Origin: Epithemia pelagica
Lineage: Eukaryota; Protista; Bacillariophyta
Assembly (NCBI GenBank): GCA_946965045.2
Contig: OX337229.1
Coordinates: forward strand, 4,836,001 to 4,900,000
Reading direction: 5' to 3'
DNA: 64,000 nt
Position 1 is the stretch's first letter. Every line of letters begins with the position of its first letter. The position numbers and the translations under genes were made by a program. The notes beneath the pieces are model-generated. The model saw only the letters and a list, made by a program, of their open reading frames with translations. It did no database searches and was not told the DNA's origin. Shown here one piece after another: positions 44,101 to 56,689 of the stretch.

Positions 44101-45584
44101 AAGGTCACCCGCCTTGATCATTGCGTGGGAAGAGGTGGCAGGCGAAAGCGATGTCCACCATGTGTGTTGACTTCTCCCCCATCATTGCGTTCGCAATGTG
44201 ACTACGGTGGTGGTATCGACGACCCCGTTGGTGGCGAACGTATTGAAAGGTTTGATGACCATTTCTCTATTGCCGACAGTGGCATCACGCGCCCGAAAAT
44301 AGTGAGATGCATTGGATCGAAAGGCGGGCGATTCAAGCAACTTGTTAAAGGAGGTGTAAGTAGTGCAGCTGTCGTGTTTTAACGTTCAGCGTAAAAGCAC
44401 GTTTCTCAGTTGTTCTTTCTTCCAGGATGACGTTCGAGGCGATGCGGTGATGCAACAAGTTTTCGAATACGTGAACGCATTGTTTGCTGAAGAGAAAACG
44501 GGAAGAGACAAGAATCTCAGAATTGTAACCTACAACATCCTTCCTACATCACCCACAACAGGAGTAAGTTCAAATTTGGTATGGGAATGGAAAGTCCTCT
44601 CGAATTACTTACGTCGTTGGTTGACAGGTTCTTGAATGGGTCGTTGATACTGTAAGTCGCTCAGATCCGGTGACAAGGAATTCTTACGCTTTGACTCGCT
44701 GACTAATTCATTTCGGTTTCCTTTCCATGTAGCTTCCGTTTGGCGACTACCTGAATGACAGAGGCAAGAATAAGGTTGGGGCCCATTCAAGATACTATCC
44801 TGGAGAATGGGGATCATATCTCTGTCGAGAGTACTTGAAGAACGCTCCGCGGGCTGAAAAGCGACAAGCATTCGAGACTATATGCAAGTTTCACTCACCA
44901 GCATTCCGATTTTTCTTTGTTGAAAGGTTTGTTCGGTCGTCGCGAGACTGGTTCGAAGCAAAGACTCGCTATACTCGCTCCGTTGCTGTTACCAGCATCG
45001 TTGGTCATATTCTAGGCATCGGGGACCGCCATTCGAACAACCTCTTAGTTCACCAGAGAACAGGTGAAGTAGTTCATATCGACTTCGGCATAGTGTTTGA
45101 ACAAGGGAAGCTACTCCAAGTCCCCGAAAGAGTACCATTTCGATTGACCAGAAACATTGTTGACGGCTTCGGCCCAACAGGTACAGAAGGCAGATTCACT
45201 ACAACAGCTCTTCAAACAATGAGAGCACTTAAGCAAAATGCGGAAGCTTTATTGACAATTTTGTCGGCAGTCACTGCGGATCCCTTGTATCGGTGGAGCC
45301 TGAACCCAAAAGTCGAAAGGAAGAGACGCGAGATACTTGGAATTGGGAGGTCGTCTACCGGGGTCGACCTTGGGGAAGAGGATGGTCGAACGAGTGGCCC
45401 CGAAAACACGAATGAAGGCGCCACCCAGGCCGTTCGGAAAGTACGAGAAAAATTAAGTGGCTACGAGGATGGAACTGCAGGTGAACAGCAGAGCACCGAG
45501 GGTCAAGTTCACTTCCTAATCAATTTGGCAAGCGACGTAGAGTCACTTAGCCACATGTATCCAGGGTGGGCACCATGGTGCTAG
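35184..45584 (+). CDS. ATM: ATM/Tel1 serine/threonine kinase (PIKK)
   Basis: TAN-like start; FAT region; kinase motifs GITRPK, VKGGDDVRGDAVMQQVF, GHILGIGDRHSNN, HIDFG, VPFRLTR; FATC ending YPGWAPWC. Introns 36071-36128, 44356-44425, 44564-44627, 44652-44732. Start Met is uncertain. Confidence 0.92.
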
Positions 45585-46147
45585 ATCTCCAGTCGAAACT
45601 GTGTCGTTCCGGTAACGAATAATCCCGAAAGCGGTGAAAGGGCATCCCTGATCAAATGTGTTGACTTTGACCTTACCTAGGATCATCTCCTAAGAGGACA
45701 CACTCCCTGTCGATTGCTGGTTTGGTGAATCCAATATATTACTATGAGAAGGTCTAAGGCCTAGATTCGTATTGCAATCTCGCTAGCTAGCTCTAGAAAT
45801 TACTCCTCTTGGTGCCTCACCCCTGATATCACCCCCTGGGGGTGAGCCTATGCACGATTCAACGAATCTCCGAGGTTGGAGTCGGGGGGCAAAAAACGCG
45901 AGGAACACACGTGGATCATGGCCGAATTTTTTTCGGTTCATATGTAATTCGGAAGCCAGAAGCCTAAACAAAATGCGCATTCCAGATCTCTCAAAATCGG
46001 TTAGGGCAATGCCAGTTTTGTCGGTTCAGCGTGACTTGAAAGGGCACACATTTTCATCTTGTTGGAAATCAGGAGGTCATTCCATTGATTGAAACTCGTT
46101 GTGCAAGAAGCAACACTTTTCACCTGTGTGTGTAGCCAGTCTTTACC

Positions 46148-46622
46148 ATGGTATTTGGCCCAATTCGACGTCGTTTACGCAACAACAACAAACTCTCTGA
46201 GCCGTCCCCAGCAAGGATTTCCGTTGCGCATGGCCAGGTAAAGAGAACAAAACAACCCAGGACTCACCAACACTCTCGGACAGTCGACGCACTCACAACG
46301 TTTCCTCGCTCTTTCCTCCCGGCAGCCAGTGGATTTTGACGGCTCGGTTTCTACAGATGGGGACTCAACAGCAGAGGACTCCAGAGCTGGCCAACTCGAT
46401 GATGTGGATGCTCCATCTTCTACAAATACACCCTCGGCTCCATTTGATGTGCTGGTATCAGGAAAACGAGTGGTTACCAATGGTCACCTAAGACTCACAA
46501 AGAACAAACATGCTCCAATCCTAATTGAACAAGTGGCGGACGAATCTGAAAGCACTCCGATGATGTCTCGTTCTAAGTTTGGTTGTTATGCGGCAGCTTT
46601 TGAATGTCTAAACCTGCCCTAA
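46148..46622 (+). CDS. Hypothetical protein, 2 exons (intron 46238-46325), 128 aa
   Basis: A phase-0 GT-AG intron joins ORFs 46148 and 46329 in frame. Confidence 0.5.
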
Positions 46623-46736
46623 GAAATATCGAACTGGCCGAGCACACTATTAGATCGTGTCTCCGAGAATATATGGGGGATGAGAAGTTCTCGGGTGGGG
46701 CGACCATCACAAAAATCACATTGCTTACCTTAATTT

Positions 46737-47702
46737 CTATAGAGGTTTCCAACCTTCATGAATAGCAACTATACCTCCCGTAAGATTCGTGTATTTTGCC
46801 TCTCTAAAACCTGTTCCTCGGATTCTGGCCAGAAGTCCCTTTTGGTTTGGAAATTTTCGTATACTTTCGACAAGATACTGATACGAAGCTCGATCCTTGG
46901 CAATTAACTCACCCATAGCAGGTATTACCTTAAACGAGTATGTCTCATAGACTTGTGCCAAAACGGGGAGGGTTACTTGCGAAAATTCAAGACACATGAA
47001 ACGACCGCCTGGTTTCAGGACACGAAGTGCTTCCTGAAGGGCCAGATCAACATTTGTGACATTGCGAAGACCAAACGCTATAGTATACAAATCAAACGTG
47101 TTGTCTGGAAATTCCAGAGACTGCGCATTGCCTTCAACGAATCGTAAACTTCTGGACTCGTCCAGGAGCCGGTCCCCGAATTTGGAGCGCGCACGTGCCT
47201 CTCCAACTCGCAGCATTTCTGGATTAATGTCGCAAACTGTCACCGATATGGGATCTTGGCCACTGCTTTTGGATCTTTCCACGCACCCAGCCGAATCGAC
47301 AAAACGAAAGGCCACATCTCCAGTACCACCAGCTACATCCAGAATATCCAGCCTCATATTGGTGTTTGTGCGTGCATGACGGGCCATGGCCGCCACATTC
47401 GATGTTTCCAATAGGTAGTCTTTCCACAGACGATGTAATCCTCCTGACATCACATCATTCATTACATCGTAAGTATCAGCGACTTGGTTGAAGACTTCCT
47501 TGACTTTCCCCTCCTTTTCTCCCACTGGCACCTCGGTGAATCCAAAATGCGTAGAATCATGGGATATATACGGAGGAGGTGGCTCTGAAGAAAATGAGCG
47601 CGCGGCAAAGTTCAGAGGTGTCCATCTTGAATGCCTTGAAAAGTTGTTGATCGAAAAGCGGCATGACTTTACTCTTGGGACATGGGACGCGAACCAGCTC
47701 AT
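46737..47702 (-). CDS. COQ5: UbiE/COQ5 C-methyltransferase, mitochondrial
   Basis: YDVMNDVMSGGLHRLWKD, LDVAGGTGD, IAFGLRNVT, YQYLVESIRKFP; mitochondrial-type leader. Confidence 0.95.
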   Translation of the reverse strand: MSWFASHVPRVKSCRFSINNFSRHSRWTPLNFAARSFSSEPPPPYISHDSTHFGFTEVPVGEKEGKVKEVFNQVADTYDVMNDVMSGGLHRLWKDYLLETSNVAAMARHARTNTNMRLDILDVAGGTGDVAFRFVDSAGCVERSKSSGQDPISVTVCDINPEMLRVGEARARSKFGDRLLDESRSLRFVEGNAQSLEFPDNTFDLYTIAFGLRNVTNVDLALQEALRVLKPGGRFMCLEFSQVTLPVLAQVYETYSFKVIPAMGELIAKDRASYQYLVESIRKFPNQKGLLARIRGTGFREAKYTNLTGGIVAIHEGWKPL

Positions 47703-47999
47703 CCTGTGGTGGGCACTGGAGAATTACGACGAAGGCGAAACAAGTGAACAAATGAACAGAAAAGTTGCTCAACAGTTGCTCTTCGTATAGCTTATTGTTA
47801 ATTTGACGGCTGGATAAGGATAGTATTCCGCCTCGATTCAGCTGTTCGTTTGGCACTTTATGTGGCCATGGTGGTGGTGGCAAGTGATGCGAAGTGTGGG
47901 CGAACGCGTGCTGAGCAAATAAGCGATTCTTAAGCGACCCAATCCTTTACCGGTCGCTCTTCTGTCTGCATGCGTGTCCTGAGTTCTGATAACGGCATG

Positions 48000-48675
48000 A
48001 CGATGAGGTATTCGACGAAGGTTGTTGTCATGTTCTCCCGTTTACTACCTCTGTTGATTCTAATCGCTGGAGTAGATGGCTTCAGTGTTGTGTTTATGGC
48101 CAAACGTGGCAAAGGAGGCCTGAAAAGGAGATTGAACGATTCCGTCGACGGCCGAAAGAAGAACAACTCTTCATCAGATGCAAAATCGGCCAATCAGGGT
48201 CGGGGACAAGAGATCACGGGCGTCACACTACCAGCAGAGGGCAAAGTGCAAGGTTGGGAGTTTGGAGAAGGTGTCCGATTAGCATGTGCTAATGTTCGTG
48301 GAACATACTATGCTGTGCAAGTGAGTGGTATTGAAATGAATGAGCAATAACAGAAGAACAAGCAATGGTTGTCTAAATATGCTTTCTTTCGGAATACAGG
48401 GACAATGTCCTCGATGTGGCTTTGATTTGTGGCAGGGTGACATAATTGCGGATGATCCTGGGTTTGACGATCTACCTCGATTGGCGTGTCCAACATGCTC
48501 CACAACGTTTGGCCTGTCTTCAGGAAAGAAAGGACCACCTCTGCGACGCACTGGTTTACAAGCTTTCGTGGGCAATCTAGCCAAACAAGCTACCATCGGC
48601 GACTCTGAAAAAGATGCCACCGTGTTCCAAATAACCAGGGACGAAGATGGACGTGTGTTCTGTAGAGAGAAGTAG
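48000..48675 (+). CDS. Plastid-targeted Rieske-ferredoxin-like protein with CxxC/CxxC ligands; intron 48321-48399
   Basis: Signal peptide (…VDG|F); YYAVQGQCPRCGFDLWQG...ACPTCSTTFGLSSG follows the Rieske spacing. Confidence 0.65.
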
Positions 48676-48690
48676 CCAAACATCTTCGTG

Positions 48691-50236
48691 CTAGTTGCTG
48701 CTTTTGCTTACCTTCTTTTTGTTCTTTTTGCGACTTTGGATCTTACGAGCTGATGCTACCAGGGCTCGTGCTCTTTTCAATGTATCATCATCCATGACCT
48801 TATCCTGAGGTCTAGGTCGCTTTTTAGAATCCTCTTTTGGTTGTTCTCTCTGCTCGGTCACTTCTTCCTCTTCTATCCTCGACTCCTTCTCGTTTGCCTC
48901 TCCATCTGCTTCTGTTTCAGTTGCTTCATATGGAGAAGAATTATCTAAGGGGGAGCACCATACTGCCAGACACGTGACGCGAGCACCAGTTCCAAGTTGT
49001 ACTCCATCAATAATGTCAACTGCCAGATCATCTGAATCGTCCGAAACCTCCTCCTGTTCCTCACTTGAAGGCTCTTGGTCAATTTCGTCTGTCGAGATCA
49101 TTCGAATTGCCCCACGAAGATCCATGAGGCTTACTACCCCTGCACTGTTTGCTGTTACGACGTATCCCATCCCAACGGACTGGATGCATTTAAAACGTTC
49201 TTCTCCTGCGACGGCCCCGTCGACGGGTTCAATGGCCATGATAGCACGGCGCTCTTCCTTTTTGTCGTGCTCCACTGCAAGAACAGGGAGAGAGCCATCG
49301 TTGCACGCCGCCGCAACAAACATTCCCTGCTCCACTGAAAAGAGGCAGACCTGGTTGACTCGCGATGGAAGATCAACATCCAGCAGGTTCTGACCACTAG
49401 AAACATCGCGAACAGTTATATGATTTCCGTAGCAGAAGGCATATGCTTGATCTCCAGTTTCGTCGGGCGTCCATACAATGTTGGAAATTGCATCATACTG
49501 TGCCTTTCCATCTTTTGCTATGGATGGTCGAATCTTTGAAACGAATGCAAGCCGACCCTTTGTCAAGTCCCATAGTTTGAGCTTTCCATCAGACTCGCCC
49601 CCCGTCAGAGCCATTTTTCCACTTGGATGAACAGCTATACACGCAACGCCACCATCGTGACCTGGCAAAACGTGTTGAACAGACCAGTCTCGTTTCTTAA
49701 AGATTGCAAGTTTTCCTTCTGAGAAACCCACCAGACAATGGGTACTACCTCGAGGATGAGGATTGCTGAGTGATAGATCCAACAGCAACGGAGGAGCAAA
49801 GGCCGAGCACACTGGTGTCCCAAACTCGGCTGGGGTTTGCACTTCCCCAGATGATGTTATTCTTTTTGCAAAGTCATGCGTACGAAGGACTTCGTCGTAC
49901 CCACAAGATAACACCGTCCCAGGAATATTTTGAGAACTTCCTGCAGACTTATCGTCGTTTGAGCTTTCCTTTCGTGTTTCGAGATGTGGCTGGGCCATTG
50001 TCATACTACGAACGCTCCCTTCATGAACTGGAGTCGCAAAGACAATTTTGAACTTTTTGGTTTTACGGTCCATTTCCCATCCTGCCATGACGCCATCTTC
50101 AGGATAAAAACGAATGAGACAATGAAAACGGGTGCATCCACTAGAAGTAAGAGCTTCAAAGACACTCACCATAAGATCCAAGGGCGACCATAAGCTTTGC
50201 GAACGGAAGCGCTTCACGGCTAGACGTAGACGCCAT
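48691..50236 (-). CDS. PAK1IP1: WD40 protein, PAK1IP1/MAK11-like (60S biogenesis); intron 50097-50169
   Basis: N-terminal GSYDG; HPSGKMALTGGESDGKLKLWDLTKGR; RFKCI; GARVTCL; lysine-rich tail. Confidence 0.8.
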
Positions 50237-50632
50237 GGTCGTCTTGTTTTATCTGTCGATCTTCACAAAAAATAATTGGTTGTGGCGAAAGAGCGAACGG
50301 ATGTGCGACTTCTTCTCATCAATCACAGGCGACCAAATGAAATTTAGCCACATAGACTCTACTACTAGTAGCTCCCTCATCCTCAATCTAGCGGCTTCCT
50401 AGTTGACCTTGTTCAAACCGGCTTTAGCAGCAAGGGACAGTGCCGGTGAGATCAATATGTCAAAGAACGCAAATGTGCATGGAACTCGCCCGTTCAACTG
50501 GTTCGACTAATTTGATCACGTAGTTTAGGTATGAAACTATCAACATCCGGCAGAACTGGCCCTTCTCTCCTACCCAAAACTTATGGAACACCCACCCTGG
50601 GTTTTGAGAAAAAAGAGAAGTCTTTTCTGTGA

Positions 50633-50857
50633 TCACGGCTTTGGCCTTGTTGCTACGCGGAGCGCGAGCCAAAGAGCCCCCACTGCAGTTGTCACTATGG
50701 CTGCTGTCCCAGCCTGACGGCGCAAACGTGCAAACACAGATTCATTGGCCGCTCGGTAGGTGTTCAGTTCATCAGCATCGATGCTCTTTCCCACGTAAAA
50801 GCCCAGACCAAACACAACGAGGTGGGAGGCGATCAATGAGCGGACAAGAGCTGTCAT
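50633..50857 (-). CDS. Small two-TM hypothetical protein, 74 aa
   Basis: ATG-started ORF with two hydrophobic segments in a short intergenic gap. Confidence 0.5.
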   Translation of the reverse strand: MTALVRSLIASHLVVFGLGFYVGKSIDADELNTYRAANESVFARLRRQAGTAAIVTTAVGALWLALRVATRPKP

Positions 50858-51180
50858 GTTATTCCAATGCTGTCGGTCAACGAGAAATGAATAACAAAAA
50901 GATCTTGATTCTCCCTCTCATCTGTCAGTGCACAGGATGACGTCAGCTCCTATTTTTGACCCCAAAAGCCACAAAATACAAAATTTGCTTGTCAAAATTT
51001 TGTCTACTGAGATTTTTAGAGTCAATCCTCTATTGGTCATAGAGTACATCCGAATTTCATAGTGTTTTCTTTTCTTTGCTCACATCTCTCTCTTCCTTCA
51101 TTTCAAGGAGTGTCAGTCCGTTGTGTCGTGGTGTTCGACGAAGATACCCCAAGAACGAAACATAAATCCAGAGAAGAATC

Positions 51181-52821
51181 ATGCAATCTCCCCTTTTATC
51201 GGGCGAAGACGCAGATGCGACGCCGTCTCTGAGTGCAGGACCACCCCTGGTAGAAGAGTCGGAATTCTCCCGCCTTATTGCTCAAAGAAGTCCACTAGAT
51301 GCTTTGGCCGAGCGGTTTGAAGAAGGAAACTCGGGAGCTATCCCATCAAACTTGCTGTTTCTGGATGTGGGACCCAATGATTTAGTCCACGGACGATGCT
51401 CCAGTGCCATATCGGTGATACCAGCCCGTGGGCCCTTTACGACAGCCATTGCAGGCACACTGGCCATCCTCCATTTATTTTTTGTTTGGGCGGCCTACAC
51501 ATCCGACATTTGGGCAGAAAGTCGAGTTCGAATTTCGATTGCCTGGCAGGAGCAATATTTGCCGCTTCTCAACGATGCCAAAGAGACCGTGATTCATTCG
51601 ACTAATCTTATGTCGTTATTACAGGATCTCAATGCAAGCCGAAACTATCTTCTCATGTTTCTTTTATGGTCGGTTTCGCTGCTACTTCCTTGCGCCTTCA
51701 TGATTGTAAGTCCAACTTTCGTTCTTGCTGACAGCATGTCACCGATTCTATATGCAAGTCGAAGTCGATCATGGACAGGAAGAGGGATTCTAGAGTGTTT
51801 GATGAGATGGGCTCTCTTCACATTCTACGTGATTATGCTGTTGAGTTTGGCCACGTCGTTTATAGAGTTGCAATGGACCGATACAACAATTCAAGCCGGA
51901 AATCGTGCTCGTGGTCCCCTGGCAGCATACCTTGTAGGTATCACCTGCGCAGTAGCTCTTGCTGGGCTGCTTCGATCTCCACCGGCTTCAGGGGCAATCG
52001 GATCAACTGTTGAGGAAGCCGAAACAAGCAGTGGCATTGCACTTGTCCGCTCTCCTCCACCACATGCATTTCAACACCCATGGATGCCAATCAACCAAGA
52101 GGACCAGCCCGCTATGACAGTTCTGGAGGAAACATCGCAAGAGCCCTTTGACCGGAAACGTGAAGAACCTACTCCGAGTGGGTTATCAACGCCTGATCTC
52201 GTCCCCGAAAATGATGGCGGCGAAGGAAAGAGCTCTGATCTTTCTTTTTGGAAGAAGTTTGCTGCGTTCCAATTCGGCTTATTGTCAGTCATCCTATGGA
52301 TTCCAGTGGTATATCTACCATTTGTCCACATCTCTTATGGGGGTGTGGCCACTAACTTTCTCTCCGAATCAACTTTGAGACTTTATGTTTGGGATATATC
52401 TTTCTCTCTCTGGCGGCAAGGGGTTGAATTTGGAACTCCGATTTGGATTCTTTTGACAGCGAGCTCTATTCTTCTATTGACAACAATGGTGCTCCCACTT
52501 CTCGCCTCGTGTCTAGGTGTTGTCGCATGGGTTGGAGAAGGTGAACTGTCGACCAAGTGTTATGCATGGCTGTTCGCGTGCAACCCGGCCTTGGGCGGTA
52601 CAGTCTATGCAGTAGCAGTGTTAGCGATGACGCATGCTTTGACGCCTCTAAGTCAGTCTCTACTGAACCAAGAGAGCGCTGGTATATGCCAGAAATTCAG
52701 CGATATGACAGGTGAAACGTGCCTCGATGTGAGCGCCACACCCCTTCCGGGAATATGGTTCTACTTTGCTCAGTCCATCATGTTGGAGCTTTTTGTCCTT
52801 GTTACTCTGAAATGGTGTTAG
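51181..52821 (+). CDS. Multi-pass membrane protein, PqiA-like (two repeats)
   Basis: 546 aa; two hydrophobic halves each with an 'SL...L...LW' pattern; ends PLPGIWFY. Confidence 0.55.
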   Translation: MQSPLLSGEDADATPSLSAGPPLVEESEFSRLIAQRSPLDALAERFEEGNSGAIPSNLLFLDVGPNDLVHGRCSSAISVIPARGPFTTAIAGTLAILHLFFVWAAYTSDIWAESRVRISIAWQEQYLPLLNDAKETVIHSTNLMSLLQDLNASRNYLLMFLLWSVSLLLPCAFMIVSPTFVLADSMSPILYASRSRSWTGRGILECLMRWALFTFYVIMLLSLATSFIELQWTDTTIQAGNRARGPLAAYLVGITCAVALAGLLRSPPASGAIGSTVEEAETSSGIALVRSPPPHAFQHPWMPINQEDQPAMTVLEETSQEPFDRKREEPTPSGLSTPDLVPENDGGEGKSSDLSFWKKFAAFQFGLLSVILWIPVVYLPFVHISYGGVATNFLSESTLRLYVWDISFSLWRQGVEFGTPIWILLTASSILLLTTMVLPLLASCLGVVAWVGEGELSTKCYAWLFACNPALGGTVYAVAVLAMTHALTPLSQSLLNQESAGICQKFSDMTGETCLDVSATPLPGIWFYFAQSIMLELFVLVTLKWC

Positions 52822-52991
52822 GAAGAGATGTGGTCCGAAGCTATACTAAGCGGGTTTGTACTGATGCGGAGAGCTCCCCGCATGTCGATTGTGGAAAGCG
52901 CACAAGCGTGGGAAACTCACAGACTCGATACTGGATGGCATTCACGCATACAAAGAGAGACTCGTTTCACCAATAAAAAGACAGATAATGG

Positions 52992-54164
52992 TTATTGTCC
53001 TTCCTTTTCAATGTGGTTCCTTGTTGCTTTCAACGAATCTTCAATTCCTCTCCAAACTATGGTAAAAAGGATCGACTGGAGTGCGTTCGTTGCCAATCTA
53101 GTACGTAAACCTCGTCCGAAAAGTCCTTTCCATCCATCAGCCGCCAGAATCTTGCGGATTATACCCGAGTAGCTCGATGTGCTCTTGGAGCCACTCACTT
53201 GCTTCATTGTTTTCACGACCCGGAATACATTTGCCACAATATCGCTAGCGATGCTTGCGACAAATCCAACGAAAGCATTCCTCAAAAGAACTGAAGGAAT
53301 AACTCTTTCGATCCAAGTTGCGGTCGTCATCATGTTATATGTCAAAAACCAAGGGTAATATGAGGCAACGCTCATAACAGCAACAGCAATTGCTCCCTCA
53401 TACAACACAGCAAAATTTCCCTTCTTCAGGCAACGAACCAAATTTTGAAATCCCTCTGTCGAGTCCACTTGCAGTACTGTCTTCATGGTATCAATAGGCA
53501 TGAGAACAATCCTCACCAACCCAAAAATAATACTCGAGACCATAGTAGTCAATCCTGGGCCCCACAACTTTGTTTCGTTGAAATTTCCGAGAAAACTCAA
53601 CACCCCTTCGTTGGCCGCAACGCCTGCAAACTTTGCAACAGGAGCTTGAACAAGTGCAAACGATAATCCTCGATACAGCCGTCCGACACCTCCACTCTTT
53701 AACAGAATTTGAAGCGCTTGGTGAAAGGTTGTCCCATATCTGTATTGGTAGTTCGTGATTGTTCGAAGCCACATTAGGGCGAGCACTTGAACTACCCCAG
53801 CCACTGCACCGGAGAATCCGCCTCCCATGGCCCGCTTTCCAGCCTTGGCCAGAATTTGACTCATCGTCAGCTTTGAACTGTGGGCACTAAGATTTGGTTT
53901 CAATGCCGTCTCATTCTTGTTTTCATCAGTAATCGAATCCGGCTGTTCTGAAGAAGTAACTACAACCGCGTGTACAACAAAGCTGCTGTGCCGTTCACTT
54001 CTGCCAGCAGGATCAAAATCACACCATGGAAACACCTGAACAACAAGGAAAAGAAGTGATATGAATTGATGAGGAGTTGGCAAACATCTTCGTAGTCTCC
54101 GCTTTCTGTATAAGCTTGTTTGAATACACCTGGTTGGGGCCTTCTTCAATGTCATGGTCATCAA
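52992..54164 (-). CDS. Mitochondrial carrier (SLC25) family protein
   Basis: MWLRTITNYQYRYG, MPIDTMKTVLQ, LFGRGLRTR: three carrier repeats. Confidence 0.85.
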   Translation of the reverse strand: MMTMTLKKAPTRCIQTSLYRKRRLRRCLPTPHQFISLLFLVVQVFPWCDFDPAGRSERHSSFVVHAVVVTSSEQPDSITDENKNETALKPNLSAHSSKLTMSQILAKAGKRAMGGGFSGAVAGVVQVLALMWLRTITNYQYRYGTTFHQALQILLKSGGVGRLYRGLSFALVQAPVAKFAGVAANEGVLSFLGNFNETKLWGPGLTTMVSSIIFGLVRIVLMPIDTMKTVLQVDSTEGFQNLVRCLKKGNFAVLYEGAIAVAVMSVASYYPWFLTYNMMTTATWIERVIPSVLLRNAFVGFVASIASDIVANVFRVVKTMKQVSGSKSTSSYSGIIRKILAADGWKGLFGRGLRTRLATNALQSILFTIVWRGIEDSLKATRNHIEKEGQ

Positions 54165-54356
54165 GAGACCATTGTCAAAATCGTAAAACTCTCCCCAATT
54201 CCCCCAAAAGAGTCTGGTAGCTAGGTTTACTATGCTCCTTTGACTTTTTGGTAGGAGTAGAGAATACGGATACTCCTAGCTAGTTCCTCGGCGCCATGGT
54301 AGTAAGAATAAGAAGTGTTTGAGAACAATGAACACACCTATCTACATTTATTCCTT

Positions 54357-56689
54357 TCATTTCTTTTTTGCGCTTGTAGTCTTGGAATCTGGCGCGTCAT
54401 TGTTCTTGCCACCAGCACTTCCTTGTGACATTTGCATTAGCCGTAGGTAAATAGACCTTGATGTATTCGCGAGGAAGAACGCAAATGCCTCCACTAGCCT
54501 CGACAGCTTTGCCTAGATGACAACAGTGAGAATACATCTACGAAGACGGATCACCGATGTTCGCTTTTCGTGCTAAACTTACCTTCCAATTTTCGTCGAT
54601 GGTGAATTCCGAGTACTCTGCTGTCTCGTAGAGCTGGAGAAGATTTTGACGTTGTTCGGTGAAGCAACTCGGAAAGAAACCAGGAAAGAATCTTTGAATG
54701 GCACCAAAAACCAAAACATGGCCTACTGGTGACAGCGGAATCAACAAGATAATGACAAAGGGTATAAACGTCAGTACATCCTTGAACGTGCGCCTAAAAT
54801 GGTCGAAGAAGGGTGAGATTTCCCGCACATGAAAAGATACAATGATCAACACGGACAGAGAGCTAAAGATGCTCGTACCTTATTGTTCGAACTTCTCTTG
54901 GTTTCAAGGTATACCCCTGCGCTGCCCGGGTAATTAGGCTCAGCGTGAACACAATATCATTCCAGAACAGACGGCATCCCTTTCCATAAAATGCCAGAGT
55001 CGTTTTGGTCTTATCGAGTAGATCAGCCAGCCAACGCATAATCGCCTCTCTGTCAAAACTGAGCCCTGTAATCAAATAGTCTATACCGAGACGGCGTTTG
55101 AAATCATTCATCTGATCCTCAACCACAGTGAGCACATCCCCATCAATACTTTCACCGTGCTCCACCTCCATCTTGAAAGATTCAACCTGTGACTCCAACA
55201 GGCCAAATTCGGCAATGTTAAGCCGGTCTTGAAGTGAAATATACCCCTTCATAGCTGGATTGCCTAATTCACCCGAAAGATACGTGTATATCCTCTCAAG
55301 TTCATAGAGCAGTGTCTGGAAAGAAACCATTTCCCTTGCCTTACCCAGGGCTTCTGACGACCCCATGATCTGATTTCTGAGTTGTGGTTCAAGTGTCGCC
55401 AAGTTCACATTCGCTACAGCTTGACCAACACCAATAGCCGAATTTAACAGGCTGGTATGCTGTACTTCGAGCTTATCGAGTTGATCCCGAAGTTCATTCA
55501 ATTTTCGTCGGGCTTCAATAATCTCGGTTGTTTCCGCAATCTGCGCAATGACTTCCTTTCCATGTCCATGAGAAGAGTCACCATTGGTGGTTTGCTCGGC
55601 ACCAGCTGGTTCAGGCTCACGTCCGTTAATACGAGCCCACACCGCTGTGCCAAACATGCGCAACGCCGCCTGGTCTTGCAACGCTCCATCCCAGTCAACT
55701 GTACCGTCGTCTCGAACATAAAGTTTTGGACCTGCTGTGTTGTTCATTTCGTCCGTTTCTCGGGGAAGCTCAACACGTATTTCAGGAAGATTCAGCTCGA
55801 AGCGGAGCTCGTCTTCATCAATGTCAATTTTGTAACCCTGAATGACTTCAATCAAGTTTCTGCGCGTCTTGATTATTCGTTCGAGCAGCGCTTCACGTTG
55901 CTCATGTGTATACACCTGTGAAGCGCTTCCGACACCGTTCGTCAATGTGCAAGTAAACATAGTGTCCAGAATCGGATCCGTGGTGAACTCGCAGCCCAAA
56001 TCACTGATTCGCTTGTTGAGCTTTGTTAAAAGTTTCTCGTAGTCGACAGCTCGCTTACGGCGTTTTTCAGCCTGGTCCGACACACTGTTCGATCCAGACT
56101 CAACCGTACAAGCAAATTCTGCAGCCGTGAGATCCTCCAACGCCTCACGAACCCAAACAAGGTCTTTGAGCCTCCGCAATCGAACGGAAAATGCACCTTT
56201 ACCTTTTCCCTGACTTTCCCGGGATGTCAGACTTGGACCATTTAGTTTCGTAGAGTGTGTTGCTTCATCTTCTGATATAGTTTTTTCAGCGATCGTGTCA
56301 TCAACTTCAACATCATCGACATTTGACATTTCATCGACTTTCACCTTTCCGCAAGGCTCTTTGGTGGAAGCTGAATCTACGTCAACGGATGTTGTTTTCG
56401 CGGGTATTGTTTTCACAGGCAGCGATCCAACGGCCGTATCATTCTCACTCTGTTCTTCGCTTGGAGAGGCATGTTCTGTTTTTCGTCGAAATAGTCGGAA
56501 CGAGTGAAGAGTTACTGTTGATGCCGCCTGTTGACGTCGTGAATCAAAGGGACTGCCGGTGTCCACGATCCTCCTGTTCTTCCAGTGGCTTTGGTTTGGT
56601 CGATATGCTGTTGGAAGTGTGAAGGTGGAGGCTTCTTGAAGAAAAAGGCTGAAAATCCAAATGCCTCGAGTAAGAGCGCACATGTCCAA
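54357..56689 (-). CDS. LETM1-like protein, plastid-type; introns 54794-54878 and 54513-54582
   Basis: KGCRLFWND...LKPREVRTIRRTFKD...IPLSPVGHVL...FFPSCF across canonical splice sites. Confidence 0.8.

Noticed and set aside
45816-45846. CACCCCC-T-GGGGGTG palindrome
   Set aside because: Isolated short hairpin; no matching element end or TSD.
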